Shown here: piece after piece, positions 1-25,974 of the stretch
Numbering within the stretch: position 1 is the first letter of the stretch
Layout of the letters: every line of letters begins with the position of its first letter
NCBI GenBank assembly: GCA_051294375.1
Contig: CM119267.1
Location: 1,460,268-1,524,267 of the forward strand
Length of the DNA stretch: 64,000 nucleotides
Origin: Paraspadella gotoi
Lineage: Eukaryota > Animalia > Chaetognatha
Direction of reading: 5' to 3'
Notes under the pieces: generated by a model
Databases searched by the model: none
Seen by the model: only the letters and a program-made list of their open reading frames with translations
Told to the model about the DNA's origin: nothing
Made by a program: the position numbers and the translations under genes

Positions 1-204
1 CTATGAAAACACCGAGTGTGCGCGACTATGCGCGACTATGCGGATTTCTATTACATTCGTCATGAAAAGGAAAGAGGATGCAGTTTTAATTACATCCGGG
101 GAAATCGAACCGAATAAATGACAACGAAATCTTATTCCTCCCAGACGAAGATCGAGTTTCCTTCTCATCATCCGGAAAATATAGTTATGTCTCTCTCTGT
201 CTCT

Positions 205-2840
205 AGAGAGACGTTTTTGTCCAGGAAAGTCACTCATCAAAGGAGCTGTCCCTTCAGAGATTCTATGCCGTTCGCTGGTCCGCCTCTCGCCGTCCCCTAC
301 TTTCCCCGCAACCTTTCTCTCTTGACCCATAGGAAAGAGATGAGACGGAGAGAGGAGAGAGGAGACGAATGACGCAGAGACGAAGAGAGACGGATGAGAG
401 ACAGAGAGACCGAGAAGTAGATCGTGAAAGAGCAGACAGTGAGACAGACAAGACAGAGACAGGAAGAGACAGAGAACAGAAGCGAGAGACAGAGACAAGA
501 GATGCAGACATTACACTATATTTTCCCGGATGATGAGAAGGAAACTCGATCTTCGTCTGGGAGGAATAAGATTTCGTTGCTCCATTATTCGGTTTACGAT
601 TTCCCCGGACTGTAATTAAACTTTCATCCTCTTTCCTTCTCATGACTGAATGTAATAGAATATCCGCATAGTCCGCGCACTAGTCGCCACACTCGAGTTT
701 TCTCGATAGCAAAAAATATTTTGGACCAAAATAAACACAAAGAATAAATCGGATGGGTAAAAAAGATTAAAAAATCGCTGCGATTTGGAAAAAAAGATAA
801 GTTTCATGACGTAAAAAATATTTGGATTAAAATTGTTTTGTTTTTTCAATGTTAAACGGTGAGTTAAACCTAATAATTTAGAGAAAAAGTTTAAAATAAA
901 TTCAACAACGCTGATGAATGTTTGAACAAGAGCCGAAACATGTCCGTTATTATTATTGTTTCAAATAATCGTTGTTGAATTTCATTTTCAAACTTTCAAT
1001 CTAAAATCTCAACACAACGAAAGGATTATAATGTCTAACTTAATAATTAAAAAAACAAGAGGCGTAAATCAAATGTGTTGCGCCGCAGTGACTGCCTTAT
1101 CACGGTGTATTTTTCTCTCGGGACATGATATGTGGACATAAACAAGACTACCATACGACAAATAACTTTCTTTTCTATTTAGCTTTTTAGGATTTCCTAA
1201 TGGCGGCGCTTGCAGGTTCCCCTATAGCGAAAAATTATATGCAATTCAATGTAAGACCGCACCGATCCGACCGACAGACCGTACAGACCGATCAGACCGG
1301 ACGAAAAGCTCCGCGCATCAGTACTTGATTATAACAACAAATATTAAAACGATTTTTTAAGAAAAGGACTAGCTTCTCTTGTGAGATTCTGTGTGATATT
1401 CTAGTGGATATCATTACGTCACTGCTTGAAATAAAATTTTATTTACAATTGTTACGAAAAAAAAAAAAATTTTTGCCATCCTTATTTTTGAAAATTTGAT
1501 AAAAAACAGCTTTTTGATTAATATAATGAATGCATTTTTTTCAAATATAGGCTTTAATTTCGCTTTCAAAATTTGAGATGATTTTTGCGTCAGTTTTTAG
1601 TTCCCATTTTTTTTGGATAATCCTGAATTACTATTAAACATTTTTAAATTTTAACATTAACATTTAAATTTTTGACTTTGTTAACTGAAAAAGCGATATG
1701 ATGGAAAAACATTTACGCTTCTCGTCGATGTGGTCGCTGTCGTTCGTCCGTCGTCTCGTCGGTCGTTTCGTCGTCGTTATCGCATTTTGCCTCTTCCTCC
1801 TCCTCCTCCTCCTCCTTCTCATACTTTGTCTTAAACTGGCAAACGCAGGTAAGGTCAACTTTTTTTTGCCTTCGGATCAAACCGACCACCTTTTTTCTTT
1901 CTTTCTTTTTCCTTTTGTGTTTTGGTCGGCAACATCAAAAAGCTGAAGGACAGATAGTCACTTGCGTATATTTAAAGATAAATTAATTTAGTTTGACTTT
2001 ATTACAATCGCCTCTGTAAATAGTAGCATCTCCATGCAATGGGCAACCAAGTTACTTAGGGAGTTAATAATTACTCCAAGGACGGCAAGAGAGAATAGAT
2101 AACGTTTGCCAGCAGTCTTGCTATTGTTATTTCCTAAGACGCGTCTTGATAGATTTTTAATTTCGTGTGTGCCAAAGAAAGGTAAATACTGAAAACATTT
2201 TGTTTATCATTGGAGCGATTAATTACGTATGGTAATTTTTATATTTGGTTGTTTACTAATTTCAGTAAAAGTTTCAGCTCCTTGTATTTTGATGTGTGAG
2301 GCCGGAGTACAATATAGTATTCCCCGATCTAATAATTAGGGGTAGTGGTCTTTTCATTCAATTTAAACTTTATTAGTAAAACATTTATACCACTTCATTT
2401 GATAGAGAAGCCCAGGTTTCACTGGAGTGAATAACGAGACTGTGAGAGAATTTCTTGATGTGAAAAGCTTTGCAGGGACCTTCTCTGTCATTATCTTGTA
2501 AGAGTTTGATGGAGGCTTTAAACCACCCAATAGGTCTGTCAAAAAGTCAGGGGGCAGATATTTTTATATTAGTTATTATTTTCCATAGGAACATATAAGG
2601 ATAGTAGTAATGGAAATTCAGAAATTCAGTCTTATAACAATACCATACGTCTAAGCAACTGATGTTATTATTTTCTTTTTATCCTTGAATTCTATTGGCT
2701 AGTTGGATCTTTTTTTATCCAAAACAAACCGCGATTTTCTTTTGGCAAAGAATCCATGTTTAGGAATAATCGGTTTTGAATATCACGTCAGGGGAGAAGA
2801 GAAAAGGATGTGAACTCCATGAAGGTCACCACATTAAAGG

Positions 2841-2881
<41 letters not shown>

Positions 2882-4439
2882 CGAGAGAGAGTGAGAGACG
2901 AGAGAGAGAGATTGTAGAATGAAGAGAGACCGGAGAGAGAGAGAGAGAGTGGAAAAAACCGCCAACTTAATCAAACCATTAAGATGTCCACAATGAAAGG
3001 TTTATAGAGATTTTACAAACAATTTATTAAAAGAAAGGAACCAGAAAAAAAGGATCAATGTTATCGCGTATAGTTAGGCAACTCAATGCGAGATAAGAAG
3101 GAGGGTTAAAGCCGGATAACGGGGACAAAGGGACAAAGACTAAAGACAAAGGGCAAAAGGTGAGCTCATCGAGCGGCAAGATGGAAGTCCTATAAAGGGT
3201 TGATGGTGCAAGATGGTTAGCGGTCTTATAGCAAAGAGGTAAGGAAACGTCTGAGTAAAGATAGGAATAGTTTTTTTCTTTTTTTCGCGATGGGTCGAGA
3301 AAAAGGGACGTTTACCCTTTTGAAGGTAAAGTCGTCTTAGTATAAAAGAAAAGTGAAGAAAATGGAAGTGGCAAGAGGAGGAACAAGGGATGGAAAAGGA
3401 GAAAGGCAATGGAAAGAAAAAAAAAGGAAATGAAGTAAATGAAGGGTAAGGAAAAAATAATAAGAAGGCAAATGCAAATGGACGTGAAAAGCTGAGATTA
3501 GGCAAAAACAAATAAAAATCCAAAAGTAAAAAATGGAAGGAAAGGAAAAAAGAAAAGAAAAGGAAAAAAGAAAAGAAATGAAAGAAAGTAAAAGAAAAAA
3601 AGACAGGCACAAAGTACTGAGGAAAGTCAAAAAGAATTAAAAGGAAGGGGAAAGGAAGGGATTAGAAAGGAAAGAGGAATAAAAAGAAGCAAAGAAAACG
3701 CGCGGGAAAAAGGATAAACGAAGGAAAAAGGGGAAGAAAGGAAAGTTCAAAATGGAAAAGAAAAAAAGAAAGCGAAAAAGGGAAAAAAGGGAAAGAAGAA
3801 AAAGGGAAAGAAAAAGAAAAAAAAAGAAAATGAAGGTTAAAGAAGGAAAAATGAAAAAAAAGGGCAAAAAAAGATAATAAATGATAAAAGAAAAGGAAGC
3901 TGGAAAAAAAAAGGTAGGAAGAAAAAAGGAAGGAAAAGCATGAAAAAAGCGAAAGAAAAAAGGAAGGAAAACGGATAGAAAATAAGGGGAAATGAGAAAA
4001 AGGAAAGAAAAAAAGGAAAAAGAAAAAGTGAAGAAAAGGTAATTTTGAGAAATAAAGGTCACACCGTAAGATCACCAAAGATAAGGAAAAAGTGGAAAAA
4101 AGGAAAGAAAACAAGGAAAAAGTTAAGGAAAAAAACGTAAGGAAAAAATAAAAGAAGAGAGAAAAAAAAAAAGAAAAAAGAGGCCAAGAAGAAATAGGAA
4201 AGAAAAAAGCGTAAGAAAAAATGAAAGAAGAAAAAAGGAAGAAAAAGGAAATAAAAAAAGGAAAGAAGAAAAAAGAAAGAGAAAAGTGAAGGAAAAAAAA
4301 GGTAATATAAAAGGAAAGGAGAAAAAAGTAAGGCGAAAAATGAAAGAAGAAAAAGGGGAAAAAGTAAAGAAAAAAGCAAAAGGAAGTAAAAAGGGGCAAA
4401 ATCTTCTCTCTNNNNNNNNNNNNNNNNNNNNNNNNNGTC

Positions 4440-4474
<35 letters not shown>

Positions 4475-7400
4475 ATCTCTTTAAATCTCTTTTCCCAGGT
4501 TCACAATTATTCCTTTTTTATGTTGCTTTTTATCTTCAGCCTTTGTCATTAAACAATAATTATTCAGTATTTAAAAAAAAAAGCGATATAGTAGGTATCT
4601 GTCTGACTCTCTCTCTCTCTCTGTCTCTCTCTCTCTCTCTTCCTCTTTTCTTCTCCTTCTTGTGTCTCTGTCTCTCTCTGACTCTCATCATTTTTTATCC
4701 CGTTCCTCGGTTCTTCGTCTCTGTGGACTAGTGTTACGCATTTCCCTTTGATTTCATTCTTTCCTTTTTCGATTCTTCTCTCATTTTTTTCTTTGTCTTT
4801 GCTTTTTTCTCTTTATTTTTCTTCTCTTTTCTTTTCTTTTACATTTCTTTCTTCTAATGTTTATACTTTCCTTTTTCCTTTCAAGGAAGAACGGACGGAC
4901 GAGACGGAAGGGCACGGACGGACGACGAAAAAATACCTCGTAGTCAAAAAAAAGAATGAAAAACGTTCGACGAGTCCGTACGTACAGGACAAAGAAAAGC
5001 AAATACGATATTGTCCGCAACAAAAAGGAGAAAATTTCGGACGAGAAAGAAGAGAGAGAGAAGCAGAGAGCAGAGAGAGAGAGAGAGAGAAGAGGAGAGA
5101 AGAAGAGGGGAGAGAGAGAGAGGAGAGAGAGAGCGAGAGAGAGAGACCAGAGATCTTTGACTCATATTATTTATTCGATGTTATTGAGTGAAGGAAAATT
5201 CGTTCGTTTTCAGTTTTGTTAGCGTTTTTTTCCTATCAGAGATGGAACTTTTATTTACTGCGTTTCTGATATTAAATTTCCCGGTTCGCTACTGTATTTG
5301 CGGAGAGAAAGATTTGACTGTAGTTTAAGAGGAAATTTAATTAGTGCATCGTATAAGTATAACGTATAAGTTATAGTAAAGTATTTAAAGTAAATTACCA
5401 TACTAGGTTGGAGCCCTATATTACTGTGATATCAACTTGAGAATCAAATTCCAGAGCCTTTAATTCTAAAAGTAAGGAAAGAGACAGAGAGGAGAGAGGA
5501 GGAGAAGTGAGAGGGATGAGAGAGAGAGAGGAGAGAGAAGAGAGAGGAGAGATGAGAGAGAGAGAGGAGAGAGAGAAAGAGAGAGAGAGAGAGTCATAGG
5601 GAAATTTTTTGAAATAAATTGGTTCGTAGAAAAACAAGAGGAAGGGTCCGTTAAATGGCAGTCGGAACATGGATCTCCTCGGAGGCGGAGGTTGGTGTTC
5701 GGAAAGGGAGAGCCACTAAAAAGCGAAATCAGAAAGAAAGGAGGAAAGGAAAGAAAGGAGGAAAGAGAAAGAGAAAGCAAAGAAGAAGGAGGAAAGGCAA
5801 GAGGAGGAAAGAAAAAGAGTGCAGAGAAAACACAGAGATGGGGAGAAGGAAAAAGAGGGAGGTTAAGGGACAGAGAAGAGGAAAGGAGAAGAAAGAGGAA
5901 AATAAAGAGAGGGAGGGAAAGAGAGGGGAGAAGGAAAGAGAAAGAGGAAAGAGAGAGAAGAAAGAAAAGAGAGAGGAAAGGAAAGAAGAGAAGGAGGAAA
6001 TAGAAAGGAGGGAAAGAATTTGGAGGGAAGCTGTCTAGGAAAACTAGATATAAATTAAACTCGTGAATGAAAAAAATATGACGAGGAAAAGAAGAAAAGA
6101 ACAATAAAGTCATTGATGGACGAGAAAAGGAAGAAAACAGAAAATAAATAGAAAAAAAAAGCAGGAAGGGTCTTCACATCAGGAAGAAATGTGGGAAAAA
6201 AAAATAAAAAAAAAAGAGAAAAGAGAAAAGTCAAATTATGAGGGAAGAAGTGAATAAAGAAAAGAAAAAGGAAAGAAAATATCAAAGATGGCGAAATAAA
6301 AGAAAAAAAAGAAAAAGGAAAAAGGAAAGTATAAACATTAAGAAGAAAGAAATGAAAAGAAAAGAAAAAGAGAAGAAAAATAAAGAGAAAAACAAAACAA
6401 ACGAAAAAAAGGACAGAGAATCGAAAAAGGAAAGAATGAAATCAAAGAGGAAATGCGTAACACTAGTCCACAGAGACGCAAGAACCGAGGAACGGGATGA
6501 AAAAATGATGAAGAGTCAGAGAGAGACAGAGACCAAGAAGGAGAGAAAAAAAGAGGAAGAGAGAGAGAAGAGAGACAGAGAGAGAGAAGAGACGTCGAGA
6601 CAGATATACCTCACTATATCGCTTTTTTTTTTAAATACTGAATAATTATTGTTTAATGACAAAGGCTGAAGATAAAAGCAACATAAAAAAGGAATAATTG
6701 TGAACCTGCGAAAAGAGATTTAAAGAGATTTAGAGAAGAGAGATAAGAGAGAGATAGAGAGAGAGAGACGTTTTTGTCCAAGGAAAGTCCTAATCAAAGG
6801 AGTGTCCGCTCAGAGATTCTATGCCTTCCTGGTCCGCCTCTCGCCTCGCCTATTTCCCCGCAACCTTTCTCTCTCTGACCCGATAGAGAGAGAGAGAAGA
6901 CAGAGAGAGAGAGAGAGAGAGATGAATGATGAGCAGAGCAGCAGAGAGAGAAGAGAGAGAGAGAGAGATGAGAGAAATGAGTCAGGTAGAAAGACAAAGA
7001 CAAGAGACAGAGCAGAGAGACAGGAGAGACAGAGAGCAGAGAGAGCAAAGGAGACAGAGATGCAGACATAACAATATTTTCCGGATGATGAGAAGGAAAC
7101 TCGGATCTTTCGTCTGGAGGATAAGATTTCTTGCTCCATTTATTCGGTTCGATTTCCCCAGGATGTAATTAAAACTGCATCCTCTTATCCTTTCTTCATG
7201 TACGAATGTAATAGAAATTCCGCATAGTCGCGCATAGTTCGCGCACGACTCGATTTTTCATGCAAATATTGGACAAAAATAAACCAAAGAATAAATCAGT
7301 GGGAAAAAAGATTTAAAAATTACGCTGGATTGGAAAAAAAAGAAAAGTTTCATGACGATAAAAAATATTGGATTAAAATTGGTTTTTTTTTTCAAATGTT

Positions 7401-9377
7401 AAATCGGGAGTTAACCTTAATAATTAATAGAGAAAAAGTTTAATAAATTCAACAACGCTCGATGAAATGTTTGAACAAGAGCCGAAACATGTCCGTTATT
7501 ATTATTGTGTTCAAATAAATCGTTGTTGAATTTTCATCTTCAAACCTTTCTCAAATCTCACCCACAACGAAAGGATTAATAATGTCTAACTTAATAATTA
7601 AAAGAAACAAGAGACCGTAAATTCAAAGTGGTTGCGTACCGCAGTGACTGCCTTATCAACGGTGTATTTTCTCTCGACATGATATTGGACATAAACAAGA
7701 CTACATGACGACAAATAACTTTCTTTTCTTAATTTAGTTTTTAGGATTTCCAAAGGCGGCGCTTGCAGTTCCCTATAGGAAAAATTATATGCAATTTCAA
7801 TGTAAGACCGCACCCAGACCAGTACCGACAGACCGTACATGACCGATCAACGCGACGAAAAGCTCCGCCTCGAGTACTTGATATAACCAACAAATATTAA
7901 AACGATTTTTTAAGAAAAGGGACTAAGTTCTCTTGTGATATTCTGTGTGATATTCTAGTCGATATCATTACTCACTAGCGAAATAAAATTACTACAATTG
8001 TTACGAAAAAAAAAAACTTTTTGATCCTATTTTTGAAAATTGATAAAAAACACAGTTTTTGATTAATAATAATTGAATGCATTTATTTTCAAAATATAGG
8101 CTTTAATATTCGTTTCAAAATTGAGAGAATTTTGCGTCACAGTTTTAGTTCCCATTTTTTTTGGATAATCCTGAATTAACTATTAACATTTTAAATTTTT
8201 AACATTAACATTTAAATTTTTGACTTTGTTAAGCTGAAAAAGCGATATGAGGAAACAGTTACGTTCTCGTCGAGTGGTCGTGTCGTCGTCGTCGTCGTCG
8301 TCGGTCGTCGTCGTCGTTATCGCCATTTTGCCTCTTCCTCCTCCTCCTCCTCCTCCTTCTCATACTCCTTGTCTTAAACTGGACAAACCAGGTAAGGTCA
8401 ACTTTTTTTTGCTTCGGATCAAACCGACTCACGCTTTTTTCTCTTTTTCTTTCCTTTTGTGTTTTGGTCGCACACATCAAAAAGCTGAAAGGACAAGATA
8501 GTCACTGTATATTTAAAGATAAATTAATTTAGTTTGACTTTATTACAATCGCCTCGTAAATAGTAGCATCTCCATGAATGGCCAGCCAAGTACTTAGGGA
8601 GTTAATAATTACTCCAAGGACGGCAAGAGAGCAATAGATTTGAACGTTTGCAGCAGTTCTTGCTATGTTATCTTCCTAAGAGGTCTTGATGATTTTTAAT
8701 TCGTGTGTGCCAAAGAACGGGTAAAATACTGAAAACATTTGTTTATCATTGAAGCGATTAATACGTATGGTAATTTTTATATTTGGTTGTTACTAATTTC
8801 AGTAAAGTTTCAGCTCCTTGTATTTTGATGTTGAGGCGGAGTACAATAGTAGTATTCCCCGTATCTAAATAATTAGGGAGTGGTCTTTTCATTCAATTTA
8901 AACTTTATTAGTAAAACATTTATACCACTTTCATTGATAGAGAAGCCAGGTTCACTGGAGTGAATAAACGAGACATGTGAGAGAATTCTGATTTGAAAGC
9001 TTTGCAGGGACCTTCTCTGCCATTATCCTTGTTAAGAGTTGATGGAGGCTTTAAACCACCAAAGGTCTGTCAAAAAGTCAGGGCAAGATATTTTTATATT
9101 AGTTATTCATTTTCCATAGGAACATAATAAGGATAGTATATGGAATTCAGAAATTCAGTCTTATAACAATCACGCATACGTCTAAGCAACTGGATTATAT
9201 TTTCTTTTTATCTTTTGAATTCTGATTGTAGTGATCTTTTTTTATCCAAAACAAACCGCGATTTTCTTTTTGGCAAAGAATCCCATGTTTTAGAAATAAT
9301 CGTTTTCGAAATATCACGTCCAGGGAGAAAGAGAAAAGGAGTGCAACTCCATAGAAGGTCACCACAATTATAAGGAG

Positions 9378-9413
<36 letters not shown>

Positions 9414-11300
9414 ACGAGCAGAGAGTGAGAGACGAGAGAGAGAGATGTAAGAAGAGAGACCGGAGAGAGAGAAGAATGGAAAAAACCGCCAACTAATCAA
9501 ACCATTAAGTGTCCAAATGAAAGGTTAGTAGAGATTTTACAAACAATTTCATTAAAAGAAAGGAACCAGAAAAAAAGGATCAATGTGACGCGTAATAGTT
9601 AGGAACTACAATGGAAGATAAGAGAGGAGGTTAAAGCGGATAACGGGGACAAAGGGACAAAGGACAAAGAACAAAGTGGCGGCAAAGGGAGCCTCATCAG
9701 GGCAGATGGAAGCCAAAAGGGTTGATGGTGCAAGGGTAGGTCTTATAGCAAAGAGGTAAGGAAACGTCTGAGTAAAGAAGGAATATTTCTTTTTTTGGAT
9801 GGGTCGAGAAAAAGGGACGATTTACCCTTTTAGAGGTAAAGTCGTCTAGTATACGAAAGAAAAGTGAAGAAAATGGAGTGGCAAGAGGAGCAGGGATAAA
9901 AGGAGGAAAAGAGGAAAAGGAAGGAAAGAAAAAAGGGNNNNNNNNNNNNNNNNNNNNNNNNNGAGGAGAAGAGGAGGATGAGAGAGAGGAGACGGGAGGA
10001 TGAATGAAGAGGAGAAGAAGAGATGTGAGAGAGAAAGAAGGAGAGAGAAGCAGAGAGAGGGGAGAGAGAGAGAAGAAGAGGAGAGAGAGAGGAGAGAGAG
10101 GAAGAGAGAGGACCATTTGACTCAATTTTTATTCGATGTTATTGAGAGTCGAGAAAATTTCTGTATGTTCGTTATAGCGTTTTTTTCCTATCAGAGCATG
10201 GAACTTTTATTTACTGCGTTCTGATAATTAAATTCCCGGTTTCGTACTGTATTTGTGAGAGAAAGATTTGACGTTTATTAATGAGGTACTATATCATCGT
10301 ATAAGTATATAGTTAAGTTATAGTAAAGTATTTAAAGTAAATTACCATACTAGGGTTGGAGCCCACTATATCACTGTTGATAAAACTTGAGAATCAATTC
10401 CAGAGCCTTTAATTCTAAAAGTCAGGAAGAGGACACGAGAGGAGAGAGGAGGAGAATGAGAGGAGAGAGAGAGAGAGGAGCAGAGAAGAGAGAGAGAGAG
10501 ATGAGAGAGAGAAGCAGAAGGAGAGAAGAGAGAGAGAGAGCGGAGAGAGTCATAGGGAATTTGTTTGAAATAAATTGGTTTGGTTAGAAAAACAAGAGGA
10601 AGGGCTCCCCGTTAAATGGCATCGGACACATGGATTCTCCTGGCGGAGGCGAGGTTGTGTTCGGAATAAGGGGAGAGCAACTTAAAGAAGGAAATCAGAA
10701 AGAAAGGAGGAAGGAAAGAAAGGAGGAAAAGAAAAGGAAGGAAAGCAAAGAAGAAGGAGGAAAGCGACAAAGAGGAGGAAGAAACAAGAGTGAGAGAAAA
10801 CACAGAGATGGGAGAAGGAAAAAGAGGGAGGTTTAAGGGAAGAGCAAGAGGAGAAGGGAGAGAGAAGGAGGAAAATAAAGAGAGGGAGGAAAGAGAGGGG
10901 AGGAAGGAAAGGAAAAGAAAAGGAGAAGAAGAAGAGGAGAAGGAGAAGGACAAAAGAGAAGGAGAAAAAAGAAAGGAGGAAAGAATTTGGAGGGGAAGCT
11001 TTCTAGGAAAACTAGATATAAATTAAATCAGTGAATGAAAAAATATGACCGATGGAAACGAAGAAAAGAAAATAAAAGTTCATTGATGGACGAGAAAAGG
11101 CAATGAAAACAGAAAATAAATACGAAAAAAAAAAAAGGCAGGAAAGGGTCTTCACATCAGGAAGAAATGTGGGAAAAGATAAAAAAAAGCGAAAAAAAAG
11201 GAGAAAAGAGAAAAGTCAATTATTGAAGGGAAGAAGTGAATAAAAGAAAAGACAAAAGGGAAAGAAAATATCAAAGATGGCCCGAAATAAAAGAAAAAAA
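205..11300. repeat. Redundant noisy copies: ~205-3400 vs ~6760-9930 (direct); ~5040-6310 vs ~9965-11300 (direct); 4437-4870 vs 6290-6765 (inverted); 1-205 vs 500-710 (inverted)
   Basis: Colinear sequence with dense 1-bp indels, bounded by N25 gaps and GA microsatellites. Confidence 0.85.
1698..1848 (+). CDS. Candidate first coding exon encoding a signal peptide (unknown secreted/membrane protein)
   Basis: ATG, basic N-region, Leu-rich core (FCLFLLLLLLLLILCLKLANA), then a strong donor GCAG|GTAAGG in phase 1. A noisy second copy lies at 8247-8391. No downstream exon identified. Confidence 0.4.
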
Positions 11301-12920
11301 AAGGTTTTTGTCTTTAATCGGGACTCAAATCAATTTATGGTTTGTACTCTAGACGAGGAAAAGAAAAAAACGGAATTAAAGGAACAAAAGGGAAAATAGA
11401 AAAAGTCCATTTGAAACAGGAATTAATTTAAAAAAGTTCGATTTAAAAAAAAAGAGAAAAATTTAAAAAGTTAATGATGAGTTTAAAAAATAATAAACCG
11501 GTCTTTTTAGAAAACCGCCTTTAAAAAAAATTGTTAAAATTAAAAAAACAGAAAAATATTTAAAACATTTCTTAAATTTTTTTAGAATTCCCCTTTCCAT
11601 TTCTACAATTATTGTAAGCTCATTGTAAACTGATCGTAAACACTTTACCGAATCTGATTTTCGTTTTACGCTTTTGTCTCGATTTTTTTCCCGCCAACGA
11701 CGAGTAGAAAAATACCAGCGTTCCGTCGATGGGAAAGAAACGTGACGAGGGTTTTTTCTTTTAGTTGCGAGTACTCGCGGAGCAACTCTTTAAGTCACTT
11801 TTCGGTCGATCCGTATGTCCGTCGGTCTGTCCCTCTTAATATAATTTGCCTATAGTTGGTTGCTCATTTGTTAAGACAGAAAAAAACCTCAAATGTAAGG
11901 GACTGCTTGCGCCGCCTTAAGGAAATCCTAAAACTATAAGAAATAAAATACGGAACTTTGATGCAGTGAGTGTCATAAATACACGGGCTAAGAAATTTTT
12001 TAAGCATGTCATATCATGTCATATCATGTGATAAAAGGGAGTGAAAATAAAGTAACTGCAGCGCAAAAACATTGGAATTACCGTTCTTGTTTTTTAAACG
12101 AAAAACAACAGATAAAAAAAGAAAAGAAAGACAACGACGACGACAACGACGACGACAACGACAACCAAAGCGAATTCTGTTGGATCAACGATTTTTTATT
12201 TGGCAAAGAAGCAAAAACCCAAAGATGTTATGTCATAAATGGAAGCTTAATCTTGGCTAAAATACGATCATAAGGTCTCTTATCTCTGCCTCTTTGGCCC
12301 CCTTTGTCTCTCTCTCTCTCTCTCTNNNNNNNNNNNNNNNNNNNNNNNNNATCTCTACCTCTTCGTCTCTTCTCGTGCTCTCTCGTCTCTCTCGTCCTCT
12401 CTCTCTCTTGCTCTTCTCTCGGTCTCTTCTCTCGTTATTTCTTCCTCTTCCTTAATTCCCCGATCATCCTTTCTTCTTTCCCCTAGTAGATCTTTCTTTT
12501 CTTTTCTTTCTTTCTTTTCTTCTTTTCTTTTCTTTCCGGTCAGAACCTCTCTCTCTTCTCAAGTTTTCTCTCACAATCTCTTGTCTTTCTTTTCTTTTCT
12601 TTTCTTTTCTTTTCTTTTCTTTCCGGTCAGAACCTCTCTCTCTTCTCAAAGTTTCTCTTCACATTTCACGATATCAGATCACGTTTTCACTTTTCACAAA
12701 ATTCCTTTCGTGACGTCTTCACTCGTAATTGGATTCACAGTCGTTTTTTTTTTAGCTTTTATCTTCGCGTCGTATTTTTGGCTAATTTGTTTTGCTTAAT
12801 CCTTTTCTTTAATAAGAGAAAGAATTTCCTCTATAAAATTGNNNNNNNNNNNNNNNNNNNNNNNNNCAATTGATCAGAATTTGAAGTTTAGCATCAGGCC
12901 ATCTGGCTTTTCTTCAAATA

Positions 12921-12959
<39 letters not shown>

Positions 12960-14239
12960 TCGCTCAACCCTTTACTTCCTTCCAATCTTAACATTCGTTT
13001 ATTTTTTCCATTGGGTTTTCTTCTTTTTCTGTTTTTTTTTCTTTCTCTTTTCTCTTTCCTTGCTTGTTTGTGTCCTTTCTGTTTCTCTTTCCTTTTCTTT
13101 TATATCCTTCCTTCCTTCTTCTTTTTCTTTTCTTTTTCTCTTTTTCCTTCTCTTTTCCTTTCTTTTTCTCCTGCTTCCTGGGCTCTTTTTCCTTCTCTCT
13201 TGTTCATTTTTCTTTTTGTATTTTTTAATGTTTCTCTCCCCGAAGATTTCCACTTCAATTTTTCTCTCATGCGAACTATTCGAAATTTTGCCCGAACATT
13301 TCAAAACTTGAACTTTGATGAAAAAAATTTGTCGCCTCCACCCCCCAGAAATCGGCGGTCTCGCCGCGCCGCCCAGGGGATAAACGCGGTCGCGGGTTCC
13401 CCCCCGGGGCCGGCCCCCCCCCGCGCCCCGCCCCCGCCCCGACCCCCCCCCGCGGCGGCGCCCCTGCCCCGCCGACGGTGCTCCGCCCCCCCGCGCCTTC
13501 CGCCTTTCTTTCCGGCCGCTGTCCCCTATTTTTTTATTCTTTTCTTTTTCCCTCTCCCTTCTGCTTCTCCTTGCCCTTATCCCCTGTCTCCACTCTTTCC
13601 TCCTTGGTTTAGTTTTTCCTCTCCCTTCCTTTTCTTCCTCCCTACGCCCTCCCTTCCCTTTACTTCAATCCTCGCTTTTTCTCATTTCCACTCCCCTTCC
13701 GCCCTCCGGTCCCCTTCCTCTTCTTTTTTCCTCCACCGCCTCCTTTTCCTTTCCGCTTTTTTCCTCTCATCCTCCCTTTCTGCTGCTGTCTCCTTCGCTC
13801 CTATCCTCCCTTTTTTCCCTTTTTTTTTCCTTTTTCCTGTTGTTTCCTTTCACTGTTTGCTATGAATTTCGCGGCGACTTAAGGTAGGATCTGTCCCAGT
13901 ATACGCTATCTACCCTACGAGAGAGAGGTCTTACGGACCGCGATTGGGCAAATAACGGATTCAATGGGTTTGAGGGGAATATTGGAGGAAGTGGTGCTCA
14001 CGAGGGGTATGTCGAGAGAAGGTGGGGTGGTTCTCTGCGCCTCGCTGGCGCCCTAACGGTAAGAATCAATGAAGGAGTGGCCGAGAGTAGAGGGCAAGAG
14101 ACGAGGAGCGTGCGGGCCGCGTGATCGGGGCATGTGCCAGGGGAGGGGCAAGCAAGCAGTGGGGGAGGGACTGCGGGGGGGGGCCGTGGGAAACCCCGAC
14201 GTCTCATGGGCGCCCCAATTTTATTTTTTTTTCGCCCGG

Positions 14240-25090
<10,851 letters not shown>

Positions 25091-25889
25091 AAGAGAGAAG
25101 GAATAAAAATAAAGGAAAGAAAATAAATGAGGAAAGAAAAAAGGAAGGAAAAGAAAAAAAGAAGAAAGTGTAGGAAAAAATTAGAAGAGAAAGTTTTGAA
25201 GAATTTGAATCAAGAAATAAATGTCAATTCAGACGAATTATTATGGATATGGAAGGAAGGAAGGAAGGAAGGAAAGAAGGAAAGAAGAGGAAAAGGAAGT
25301 TGTGAAGAATTTGAATCAAGAAATACTTAAATGTCAAGTCAGACGAATTGTTGTGGAAGGAAGGAAGGAAGGATGAAAGGAAGGAAGGAAGGAAATAAAG
25401 AAGAGGAGAGAAAGTTTTGAAGAATTTGAATCAAGAAATAAATAACAAGTCAGACGAATTTTTTTAGAAAAAAGGAAGGAAGGAAAAAATAAAAAATAAT
25501 AAAAAAGTAAGAAAAAAAGAAAAGGAGGAGAAAAGAAAAGAGAAGGAGAGAAAGACAGGAAAAACAAGGGCAGAGTCTGAATGGAAAAGAAGAAAGAATC
25601 ACAACGTGGAAACTATTTTGGGAGATCATTTGAGAGAGAGGGAGATAGAGAGTGAGAGAGTGGGAGAGAAAAAGGAAGAGAAGAAAAATAGGGAGAGAAG
25701 CAGAAAAGAAAAGGGAGGCATAGAAAGATAGGATTGGCGAGAGAAAACCACTAGGAAAATCCCATAAAATCTCCGAGGGCGTCATCTATTTAAACTTTCT
25801 TAATTCTCTAAGGTAATCATGGCTCACAGCAAGCCTAACACATCCGACCCTCTAAAATCCAATCACAACGAAAACGCGATCACGAGAGA

Positions 25890-25898
25890 GAGAGAGAG

Positions 25899-25974
<76 letters not shown>

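Noticed and set aside
12923-14230. Poly-A-primed retrocopy or rDNA-like GC-rich insert (303-aa ORF 12954-13865)
   Set aside because: Homopolymer-rich sequence with no recognisable homology, next to N25 gaps; it looks like a low-quality read segment.
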